From Phyllosticta citribraziliensis (taxonomy: Eukaryota), in the NCBI RefSeq assembly GCF_038025025.1, contig NW_027117345.1, forward strand, positions 1,798,001-1,862,000: a DNA stretch of 64,000 nt, read 5' to 3'. Position numbers and translations under genes: made by a program. Shown here piece by piece: positions 1 to 11,300 of the stretch. Positions within the stretch are counted from its first letter, which is position 1; each line of letters begins with the position of its first letter. A model generated the notes under the pieces. That model was not told where the DNA came from and made no database searches. It saw only the letters and a list, made by a program, of their open reading frames with translations.

Positions 1-2012
1 GGGCTCGTACGGCATCGTAGCTATGGAATTGTGAAAGTCAGATTCATATCTTCTTGAATGTGGCTCAGGGTTGTGGGGCGTCGACAAACCTGACGTGGAG
101 CTCGTAGTACCCCCTGTAGTATGAATCCTGCCACTGAAGTTCTCGATTGTCTCTGATGAGCAACTCGCTGATGTTTTTGGCCTCCCTCATTGTGACGTTC
201 TGTCCGACAGGAGAGGGGCTGCTAACAGCAGTGCCAGAAAATTCGACGCCAATGGCACCGGCGCCGGTCTTTTGGTTGTAGTCGTGCTCATCCAGCCACA
301 CAAGATCGCTTGCCCACGACATGTGACTATCACCGGCCATTACAATGTTGTTGTTGATCCCATGCTCGTAGAGATGAGCAAACGTCCGATTTCTATTTGC
401 TTGGTAGCCGTCCCAGGCGTCGTAGTCCATTGGATTCTCCGGGCTCTGAGTCACCGACTCGTTGATTCGAGAAAAGATGGTTTGGGAACCGATCAATCGC
501 CAAGCAGCTCCCCTGGCGTGGGACGCGCTGAGCTTTCTGTAGAACCAATTCTCCTGACGACTGCCCATCATCGTCCTACCGACGTCATTTGAGATTTCGT
601 GGATATAATCGGTGTTCCAGTAGAGATCTGTTATCGATCTGTCGTATTGACGGGTGTCCAGCATGAATATATCCATGAGGGAACCGATCGAAAAACTTCG
701 CCAAATGCGCAGATTGTCGTCCATTTCGACCTGACGAATAGGCATCCACTCGAAGTACTTTGTCCGCGATAAGAAAGACTGCACTTTTGATCCTGTGGTG
801 TATACTTACAGCTCTTACGGCGTTCATCTTTCGCTGATCGAAGGCAATACCGTCACCTCCAAAGCCGGTAGAAATGTCGTTCATGTGGAAAGATGCCCGG
901 GTGTTGTTCTGGTCGGCCATGCCGTCTCGGTACGTATTGTCTCCGACCTCTGTCGGAATGAGTCAGTGCATCTTTGCCTGAAGATGAGCATGGTCTGAGG
1001 CTCACCGTGGTCGTCCCAAACAGGAATCCAAGGAAATTTGGCAAAGCTCTCAATGGCATCAAGATCCGATCTGTACAGTGAGTGGCGCTTTCGGTAGTCA
1101 TAAAGGGTCCGGATTTCCTTGTCTGGTTCCGACTTGCGGTCAATTTTCCATCCGTAGCCGTAACCACCCTCCGCATACTCGTAGAGGAAGTCACCCAGAT
1201 GAAGGACGTAGTCCACAGAATCTTTCCTGGCAACATTCCCGAAGGCGGTAAAGTAGCCAAAAGCTGCCGTGCAGGTCAGATCATGGTGAATTGACAGTCA
1301 CTGGTTGACAACATACGGTAGTTCGAACAGGAGTAGACCGCCAAGGCTATGTCGGGCACTTCGTCATTGGCAGCTGGTGTTGTCTTGGTTCTACCGATGG
1401 GACTGGTGTAGTCTGTTCCGCAAACGCGAAACTGGTAGTAGTAGCGAGTGAAAGGTTCTAAACCACATGCCTCGACCTGAGGATGTCAGAGCAAGCATCC
1501 TAATCCCCGCGGTATTCTCACCTTGACTGTGTAGTCGATATCTGAAGACGTGTACGCAGTTCCCGTGCTCACCACGTTCTCAATGTTTTCATCTGTAGAG
1601 ACTCTGTATTCGACGCAGATTGGAGCAGTGGTGACGGGGATGGTCTCTTGCTGGTGGTGATCATAGAGCCTGGTGAAACCGGGGGCGGTGTCTGAGTTTC
1701 CTGTCAATTAGCTGCTCACAATCTGGTCTCGTGACACTCGCCTTTGGCCTTCGCATTATCATACTTGGGCGAAATTCGAGTCCACAAAATCACGGAATTT
1801 GGGTATGGGTCTCCTGAGGCGACACTGTGTGTCCAATTGAGATATTCTGCAGCAACAAACCTGACGCTTGGGTTGTGTCGCTTTACGATTTTGTAGATGG
1901 GCAGGCCAAGAAATGGATGGTTCCCGGATGGGCCGCCATAGATCAGGTTGTTCATGTACGAGGCTGACGAACAGCCGACGGCGACAGCAAGTGTGACAGC
2001 AGAGAGCTTCAT
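1..2012 (-). CDS. phoD: Secreted alkaline phosphatase D (PhoD family), multi-exon, 3' end lies outside the window
   Basis: Signal peptide MKLSAVTLAVAVG (ATG 2012); PhoD motifs HSVASGDPYPNSVILWTR, VLHLGDFLYEY, WDDHE across a splice, MLDTRQYDR, DAWDGY, GDSH. The last visible intron (~22-87) is followed by coding sequence that continues past base 1. Confidence 0.93.
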
Positions 2013-4533
2013 CGTGTCAAAGGCAATCTCATTCCAGTCCAAGAGGAGACAGAGATGTCGGGTACCGTCGATGATATTTATGTAGTTTGACTGCCTGAGT
2101 GTCTTGCTACGAAGGCGGCTGAACAGAGCGGGTGAGAGGGCGCGCCCGCGATGGGCTAAGCAAGGTTCAAGGGCATCCGACCCGACAGCAAGCGAATGAG
2201 ACGATGGGAATTTGACACGCCCACGAGCAGAGCGGCTAGTTGTACTCGCTATCCCAGTTGGTGTCTTCAATGGTGTCAAATTTTGGGCAGGTCGAAGACG
2301 CGGGGTCGGCAACCAGTGCTAGTGTCTACCAGGAAGTCGATGTATACGCGGGCCATACAGCGGAGGTCGAATCATCACGCCAAACAATACTGGCTAGCAA
2401 TTGAGGCATGCACGTTTGGTGTCCCTCGCATGCGATTGAACGACTGTAGTCGCGAGTACGAGCCGCTGACAACACCTTCACTGCGAGTGGCTCTTCGGCG
2501 TCCGCGGTAAAGGTTTGACAGACGATACGCTCACATCATGCCGCCCGTTGCGCCTTTCCGCGCAGTATTTCCCCTCTGCGACACTCGCTCCGGTGGTTTT
2601 GTGGGTGAGAAAGAGACTTTCGGCGATAGCAAATCCGGGAGTACGTCTCCCCGACAGAACTTCAAAAAAGCCGGCGATGTGACCACGCTGGGGTCCAGCC
2701 GTCTCTTGTCCAGTTGGCCAATAGTGGGCGGCTAGGTCCCCGGTCCCAGCATGGGCGACGACGGCCGTTGGGATCCACGATGATGGACTTCATGGGCGAC
2801 GCTGGTTGAGCGTATCTTTTCGCGCTGACTGACTGGTAAAGAAAGAGTGAGGATAGGGTGAAGAAGAAAGACGGCTCAAGGGCGTGTTGTTGGCAGGCAG
2901 CGGACAATTAGGTGATGAAGTGGATTCGCGACTGACAAGTGCGGAGAAGACCCGAAGTTTTACCTGACCCGCCGTCGCGTCGCCCAGCCAGGCCGCGGCA
3001 CCGGTTCGGCTCCGACCCACGGGGGCACCCCCGCCCGCGTCGTCTCCCCCCGGCCGCCTCCACCACGTCGTCTTCTCGTCCACCACTCACGCCCACCAGT
3101 CGCCAGCAACGATGCGCTTGTCTCTCGATTCTTCCAATTCCAGCGCTCAGGAAATTGCGGCTGTCGAATGCAGAGCTACGCCGACTCAAGTGGGCAGAAA
3201 TGACACTATCTTGACAGCCGTTCGGGTCACATCAGTCGCGCACAAAGTTGACTTTGCCCCTGATCGCTCGATTCTCGAACACCTCGCAATTGCCGCTGAA
3301 TTCATGACGTCCAGGAACATTCGTCAAAGTTGCTTCATCAAGACAAGCGCAACGTGATTGGGCAGCAAAACGCTCTTTCTGCTCTATTCTTAGCCGCCTC
3401 TAGTCCCCAAGCTCGAAATCCCCGGAACAGCCATGCTTCATCCAAACCTCACGCGCTCGTCTGCAAAGCCTGGGCATGCACCTCAAGGATTGTTGAAAGG
3501 TGTGGCTGTCCCGTTCCGTGTCAGGTCAGCTCCAGCCATTCAGCCCGGAGGCACTTCCCGGACCACTGAACTGGTCGTTCTCCGCCAACCCTTAATCATG
3601 CTTCACAACAACTCAGGAGCAATCCACCCGTCCATGGACCTGTTCCTTGAATCTCCTCACTTTGGACTGGGATGCTCCTGGATATCCAGGGCGTTCATGC
3701 ACGCGTTCAGAATGCTTCAAGATCGTCGCCGTTGCATAGGAAGCTTCTGGAGCAACGAGGGAGAATCAGCACAGCTCTGAAAAAGCACATTTGCGTCGCT
3801 CTCACTCTGCCATGTCAATGTCGCTGCCATGTAGAGTCGTGTTGTCGTTGGGCACTACCAAGATATACACGCATGAGCTTGTTCCACTGCCGCATCGTTG
3901 CCCCGACCCTTCTCTACCACGGCAGGACGCCGCCTGGCTTCTGGAAGCTTTTCATCAGGCACCGTCCTTTCTGGATTACCGGTTTTGCAAGCCCTTCAAA
4001 TCTTCGCTCAACATGTGAAACTGTTCCCAACCTTGCGGACATGCTTATTGCCGCCTGTGAGGCAGGAGAGTGATTCTCCCTCAAAGCAGAATGAAGGTGT
4101 CGCAGACAAGGTCGATGTTCTCTGGTTTCGGCAAGGTTCCAAATAGTCTCACGCAAATTCTGTTACCGGTCATCATGAGCGCGTAGGGCTGTCGCTTTTT
4201 GGCCTTTGACCCTGCCTTCATCAAGCGTCTTAGTCACCAGCTCTACGTGAGCAGCGACCACTTTATGAGCTTACTCAAACTCAGCCTACGAATGAGAGGG
4301 TACGATGCCAGTGTTGCCTTTCCACAATGACAGCGATGGCTTACGCTCCACGCCGTTGATTCTTTTAAGGAGAATAAGGTTATTGTAACCGAGAATTCCG
4401 GAAGTCGAACCTTGACACCCCGAGAACAATGTCTAGTCTTCACCCTACCTAACGCCTCTCCAGCCGTCTCTGTCATCGCCCTCTCCTGCTTCTGGACGGT
4501 CGCCATCTGTTGAGCGTCGTTGGCGACGCAACC

Positions 4534-6187
4534 ATGCCTTGGCCGGAGAACTTGGAGGAGACATATCGGTCCCGACCGCCCAATTATGACAATCCTCCGA
4601 CGCGAACGGGCTTGCTAATGGGCGTCCTCATACCTTTCGCGGTGTTGATGACTCTCGCCCTAGCAGGTCGATTCTACAGCCGCGGATATATCAAGCGCAT
4701 ATTGGGGCTCGACGACTGGCTAATGTTGGGCGCGTGGGTAAGTGCCGTCATCGCTGGCTTTTGGCTTTGGCTCTGCGGATATCTAACACCGTTTGCGACA
4801 AAGTTCCTCACGCTAGCTTGGATGATAACCGTCCTGGTTTGCACAAGGTATGGGTTTGGGAGACATTTGTGGGACGTCAAGCCAAACTGGTTTGACATCG
4901 TCACGAAGGTACGTCTCTTTGCAAAAGGGCCCATGGCTTTGACTCTATCATGTGCACTGCTAACCACTTGGGTCAGATAAAATTCAGTTTCGAAATCTTT
5001 TTCGCACTAGGTGTTGGCCTTACCAAAATCTCAGTCTGCCTGGGTTACCTCCGCGTATTTCCCCCGGAAAAAGGAAACCTCTGGTTCTGTCGATGCGCAA
5101 TCGCCTATACAGTCTTATGGGTAGTTTCAGTCGTGGCTGTGATGATTCTCCAATTCATCTTGTGTGTTTCCACACACAGCCCGCATACTCCACCCATCAG
5201 GCTCAATACGTGCGTCAAGCATTACGAATTCATCCTCGCCTCAGGCGCCCTCAACACTCTGAGCGACCTCTTCATTTTCTTATGGCCTTTGAGATTTGTT
5301 TTGGGTCTGAGGCTGTCAAGGGACAAGCGGGTCGGACTCATGATCCTCTTCGCACTCGGGACAATGTAAGTGGCTCGTTTTGTAGCGAATGCCTACATCT
5401 ATCCCTCCCTCTGGACCAACTGACAGATATATGCAGGGTCAGTGTCGCAGGCGCCTGCCGATTGTGGTACTTCACCAAGTACTTCAAGACTCAAGACATC
5501 TTCTGGACCGGTGTCTACAACTACGTCATCGTATCAATCGAAACGACTCTGGGCGTCATATGTGGATGTCTTCCTTGTTGCCATCCAATCTTGGTCAACA
5601 TCTGCCCTCGGTTCCGTTGGTTTCACAGTCAGGGATCTCAGCCTGAATCAACGGACGACATTGACGGTACCACCCAAGAAGGGACCAACAGCTCACTTGC
5701 CGGTCGGAAGACTGCCGACACACCGTTTGGCTGGTCCTCGACTGGGAGCAAAACCTTGACGTCGCAGCGCGAGGGAGACTACATTGAATTGGACTCGTTG
5801 AAGGGAAGAGCTCCAGGAGACAGGTCCTCAACAGCCACCTCTCCAATTCATGAGACACCGGAGCCGATTGCAGAGCCATCCACCAGGCCGATGCCCAGAA
5901 GGTTCGACACGACAGATTCGGCATATTTTGAAAGGGTTTATGGTTTGAACAGAGGGTCGAGTCTCCGCCAACACTATTTCGACATGGGACGGCCATCGGT
6001 ACAAAGGGGACTCAGCATGCAGAGCGTCCAAGAGCGACTCCAACTGAATCGAGGGATGAGTTCGAACAGCGCGAACTACAGCGTCGGAAGGGCACCGAGC
6101 ATTCGAAGGTCCTCATGGGAGACGAAAGAGGTGGATTTTGGTTACAGTTGGGATGACCCTCATCCGGGAAGGAAAGTAATCATTTGA
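4534..6187 (+). CDS. Pth11-like / fungal rhodopsin-domain integral membrane protein (no CFEM domain)
   Basis: Hydrophobic helices with family motifs RFYSR..LGLDDWLM, YGFGRHLWDV, LTKISVCLGYLRVF, SDLFIFLWP, IETTLGVICGCLP; introns about 4738-4803, 4909-4976, 5366-5436; long S/T-rich tail. Confidence 0.88.
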
Positions 6188-7340
6188 TATATACCCCATT
6201 GGCGTGTGCTTTTGATCGGTTTTACAGGCTCCAGGCGTCTTCCTCATCTCGCGAGGGCATTTGGGTAGGGAGTTTTGAGGCTCCGCGGCATGAGACGACT
6301 TTCACGAGCACGAAAAGCACTTTGCCGAGCGTTTTGATTTTTGAGATATCCATTCAAATGTTTATACTGATACCCGAGATTTTGCGTGTAGCTTAACTTG
6401 CAGTTTGCTTTCGATTCTTGTTCCGTACAGCTCGCCTGGGCTTCATCAGTCCTTGTTAACCGGGCAGCCACAAATGTGCCATGGATGCTCCTGCTGGCAC
6501 GTCTCCGGCGTTTTTGTTTGTTTATATTGCACGAACAGCATTTTGTATCATAATCTACTCGAGAGTCCTGGAATTGTTCAACATGGGTCTGATACAAAAA
6601 ATTCATGCTGATTGCGAGGGATTTAACATCTCTCGTTCCAATTCTTACGCTGGCAGAGACTCGTGTATCACTTAATCGACCACCAGTCAACAATTCCTAG
6701 CGCTTCCTCCAGTCGCAACCCGGACCGGATGACTAGACAGCAATATCTCCGGTCTTCGCGGCCCGATCCGGCGGTCAAACGTCAGTGGTGCCAACTTTCG
6801 AGCGACGGGAAGCAAAGCCTCAACAACACTCCAGAAGCCGCGTACAGCTGATGATGCGACCAGTACATCGCCATCGTCACAAAGCGCTCCACATGCCGAC
6901 TCCCAAGACCAGGACGATGGGATGCTGCTTAGTCGTCGTTCCCAAACCCGAAAGCGCTCAAGATTCGTCTCAGGGCAGCGTCGGTCGAAACCAATGCATG
7001 TCACACTTCCTGCTTTGAACCAACCCTTCCAGTTAGACTCCGAGCCTGACCAGACAACGGGTGTTCACCGCTTGGATGGCGTCGAAGAGGATTTGAGCCC
7101 AGCTACCGTGCTGGGATAGTACTTGCAGCTACCGGCGCGGCGAACACGTCAACCCCTCTTCCCGCCCAGCTTGGGAGTATTCGCTCAGCTCTGTGTTTGT
7201 TTATTTGGTCCTTTTCATCGCCCCCACGACATACTGAAGCTCGCGACATAAGTAGTTGTATTTTCTTCAGAACAACCGCAACTTCTAGTGGTTCAACTTC
7301 ATCGCTGCGCGCAGAAGAAGAGACCTTTCCTTCGTCGCCA

Positions 7341-8350
7341 ATGACGTCATCTCAGTCCCTCTCTCCCCTCAGCAAGACCCTGAGCGGCAAAGTTGCTATC
7401 GGTACGTACCGTCAAGGATATATAATTCTCATGTTCTTTGATGTACACTTTCAACTACGACAATCAGCGCCTGCTCCAGTCCTCAAACCGCAACTGACTC
7501 TTTTATCCAGTCACCGGCTCAAGCCGTGGCATTGGCGCCAGCATAGCTCTGCGTCTCGCCCAGCACGGCGCCTCAGTCGCCATCAACTACGTCTCATCCG
7601 CCGGGCGTGCCGAGGAAGTCGCACAGACAGCGCATTCGCTCGGAGTCAAGGCGATCACCGTCCAGGCCGATGTCTCCAAGAAAGACGAGCTGACGCAGCT
7701 ATTCGAACGCACGAAGAAGGAGCTCGGCAGAGTCGATGTGGTAATGAGCAACTCGGGCATCGAGCACTTTGGCAGCTTGAACGAAGTCAAGGAGGAGGAG
7801 ATCGATGCCGTGTTCGCCATCAACGTCAAGGCGCAGTACTTTGTCGCGCAGATGGCCGAGAAGTACATGGAGGACGGCGGGAGACTGATGCTCATCAGCA
7901 GTGTTTCGGCTGTCATGGTGGGTTTGTCCTTTGTTCTATTGCAATCACCCTCGCTCTGGGCGCTTCCGGCGTTTTCTCGACCTATACTGACCCACTGATA
8001 CACAGGGCGTCCCTCGCCATGCCATATACGCCGCCAGCAAAGCCGCCGTCATCGGAATGACCAAGTGTCTCGCATGGGATTTCGGTCGCCGCGGCATCAC
8101 CGTCAACTGCATCGCGCCAGGCGGCGTCAAGTCAGACATGTACGCAGAAGCGTCCAAGAACTACATCCCCGGGGGTGCAGACCTGACGATGGACGAAATC
8201 GACGCGCGCCTTTCAAAGTGGAGCCCGCTCGGTCGTGTGGGGCTTCCGGACGATGTGGCTGGTGTCGTTGCTTTGCTTGCCGGCCCTGAGGCTCAGTGGT
8301 TGACTGGGCAGACTTTCCATGTCAGCGGTGGCGCGCACATGGCGTCTTAG
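7341..8350 (+). CDS. Short-chain dehydrogenase/reductase, hydroxynaphthalene reductase (4HNR/Arp2/Ver-1)-like
   Basis: Spliced product (introns 7402-7510, 7918-8004) has TGSSRGIG, VVMSNSGIEHF, catalytic YAASK and TVNCIAPGGVKSDMY. SNSG plus IAPGGVK(S/T)DM is typical of the HN reductase subfamily. Confidence 0.88.
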
Positions 8351-11300
8351 GAAGCGAAACAACTCATGGGGAAAGTACCTTCGTCTGTGGGATGGGAATT
8401 TGGATTTTGGAGCAAAAAGTCATTCGTTCTGGCGGAGCTCAGCCTCGTCGCGTCGCCGTGGCCACATGCATCGACATGGATGTAGGAGTAACTGGAGCAA
8501 CAAACGCCACCGTGCCTTTTCCAAGTCAGACAATGTCATTCATTTAGGTTGGCCGCTCCATAAAAAGCTCAAAGTCCAGTCGGCACTTGTTTCTTACTTG
8601 CGGATGCGGATTGCGAATGTTTTGAATGCTGCACGTCGCTTGTTCAGAGTGATAAAGGAGTGCTACGCCGCAGCCCATCCGAAAGCACCTGGCAACGGTG
8701 GCCAGGGACGAATATCATAGGCAGAGACCAAGACCGGAGGACGATCTGCCACCCACCGAGCAATGGGAATACGGAAAACGCGAGGCCATCGCTCGTCGCC
8801 CAAGCCGGCTCACGGAACTGCTGACCGGCTGTCAAACTTGCGGGAGGACTTGACGTTGGGAGCGCGCGCCCCATGAACGACGGATCTGCGTACGCATGCA
8901 TGCCATATCGACGAATAACCATCTATCAGCCACAACAGAGACCCGGTTTTCCTAGCGTCGGGCATGAGTGCCGACAGCCTTGCGCGCGTACTCTTTTTCC
9001 AGTCTCCTCTGCTCTCCCTCGCTTTCGCGCCGCCGAGACGGTATGATTCTTCAACCCACCTTTCTGAACATGATTGGTTCCGCATCATTGATCCGTGTAG
9101 ATGACATCACGATTCCGTCGAAAAGTAGAATGTTTGCAGACTGGATTTGCATATACAGCGCGACTGGCCGCATGTATCTGCACTTGGACGCGTAAACCAA
9201 ACGCAGAGACGCTATGAAGGGACTGTGCCTCATGTTGCGTAAATGAGGAGACTTTATGCTCAGCGCAGTTGTGAGAAATTTCCCTTGGTGGGTATCACTG
9301 TTCTTCGCCGCCGTCCAGTTCCGCATTAAACGTCAATGCATGTCCGCGGTCTCCTCTGCCAGAAGCTTGAGTAGTTTTTCATTCACCCTCTCCATATCAT
9401 CATCAACAGAGAGAGAGTCGAGGACTTGATGGTGAGTGGCAAGACGTCGAGGAAATTCCGAAACACGAATTCAAGTGAAAGTCTCGACATGGGCATGGCA
9501 CGGAGACACGAGTGAGAAGCCAGAGTCGGAGCTGTTCCCAGCAGGGCTGAACGCAGTCTTGATAGTTGTACCGAAAGCTTTAATTCCTTGATTCCCCACA
9601 CTCTACTGCGGTAGCCTGAGGTTCTGCGAGCATGTTGAACCGCCAAAGTCTTTCTGAGGTAGAAGAAACCAACCATGAAACCCAAAGTGCATATCCGGTC
9701 TGATGGTCTTTGCCCGTCTGGAAGATGACTAGGTGTCGATGTGGAGGGACTGTTACACGTTCCGATCAAACGAGTGAAATGCGCATCTGGTGCCTTTGCT
9801 CTCGAAGGAAGCTTGATAACTTGAGTGCTCCATCCCACGGTATCTTGCTGATCCTGAGTCAAAGTATGTAGCCGTCTGGATTCTTCGTCGTCTGTGTAGC
9901 TGAATTTGTGGTTGAATAAGGGATCTGCATAGGGGCTCTTGCCGTTGTGGTGTGGACATGATCAAGAGGCCAGTACCACGTCCTTCAATCGTTTTAAAGC
10001 CCGCTGTGTGTATACTCCTTATGGAACAATGTATCCGCTCGGAAATCCGTTGTGAATGGCTTGGACAGGTGCCGTGTGTGCTATGCAGTGTTGTGCTCTT
10101 GATCCTCTTTGAGTGTCATGATCAGACTTATGGGAGGCGATTCGGTGGAGCTTCATGAAGTCTTCGAAGTGGCTTTGATACAGATCATTTCTTTAGTTTG
10201 TTGCTTCATCTCATGCAATTTTGCGGTTGAGAAAGGCTTACTGTTCATGTTTACTGGCCACCTGGATCCCGTGGCCACTCGCCAGCGGTGCCTTCTCCGG
10301 ATGAAGTCCCGTCTTGGTTTCTCATGATCAACTTGTGGATGTGTCCCCAGAGACCGCAAAGCATCATTTTTGGGGGAGAGCCGGCACGGATGATTTCCAA
10401 AGGATGCTGGGGGCAGGCTTCAGGAATGTAATCGGGCGTTCCGTGAACCGCAACGCAGTCTCGAGCGAAGCAGAGTCTTTGTGGCCGAAGTTGGATATAG
10501 TCCTAAGGTTGATCGATGAAGGCTTGTTGACTTGTAAATGTTCGTTTGTAATGGAGAGGAAGAGTATCGAAAGCTTCCATTTAAAGTCATCGAGAAAGCG
10601 GCTGCGGTCCAATCAGTCGACAAAAACAGCAGAGCCCAACGCAACACATCTCTGAGCCTTACTCCGAAGGGTAGATGCCACACATCCGCCAAAAGGTAAT
10701 CCTCTGGACTCTGACATCGGCTGTGATTGGAGATTCCATGGCGGCATAGGCTAGAGGGAGATATTTGCATGTTTGCTCCCGGTCAAGTTAGGTGCTGGAT
10801 GCACACGATGCACCAGCACACATCCCTCTGCTCGCTGTAAATAATGGTATTGGGCAAGAAGTGAGGACAATACGAATCAGTGGAATGGTCGCAGAAATGG
10901 CCAACCAGGCTCCAGTCTTTCTTCCAATGAAATGGGTGCATGGCGGCTAGTTCAGCATGGCAAGCTGCCAAAAGGCCGGCGGAGACTCGCAGTCACCTCG
11001 ACACGTAGTGGCCCTTAGCGGAAATGGAAAGGTCGACGCCACCAACACTGAGAGAGACAATGTGTATGAGCTATGCTGCAGCAGTCCTCCGCAGGGACCC
11101 ATGTCGGATCGACGTATTCCTCGCTTCAATAGGCAGCAAAGGGATTAGGAACCAGTTCTCAGACGCAGGCAAGATGATTACATAGCTTGTCGTGTGGAAG
11201 AACTAGGGCCTAGTCGGATTGTCAGTGAAGTGAACGTCTTTCATCCATCATGAGCGCCAGTTTGGGAGCAGGCCAGAAGAGGGCGTTGCCTGCAAGGCTG

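Noticed and set aside
2411..2416. CACGTT Pho4/NUC-1-like site upstream of phoD
   Set aside because: A single hexamer is expected by chance; cannot be supported without conservation data.
2013..4533. Numerous 60-130 aa ORFs between phoD and the Pth11-like gene
   Set aside because: Overlapping in all frames with no domain signal; consistent with chance ORFs in GC-rich intergenic DNA.
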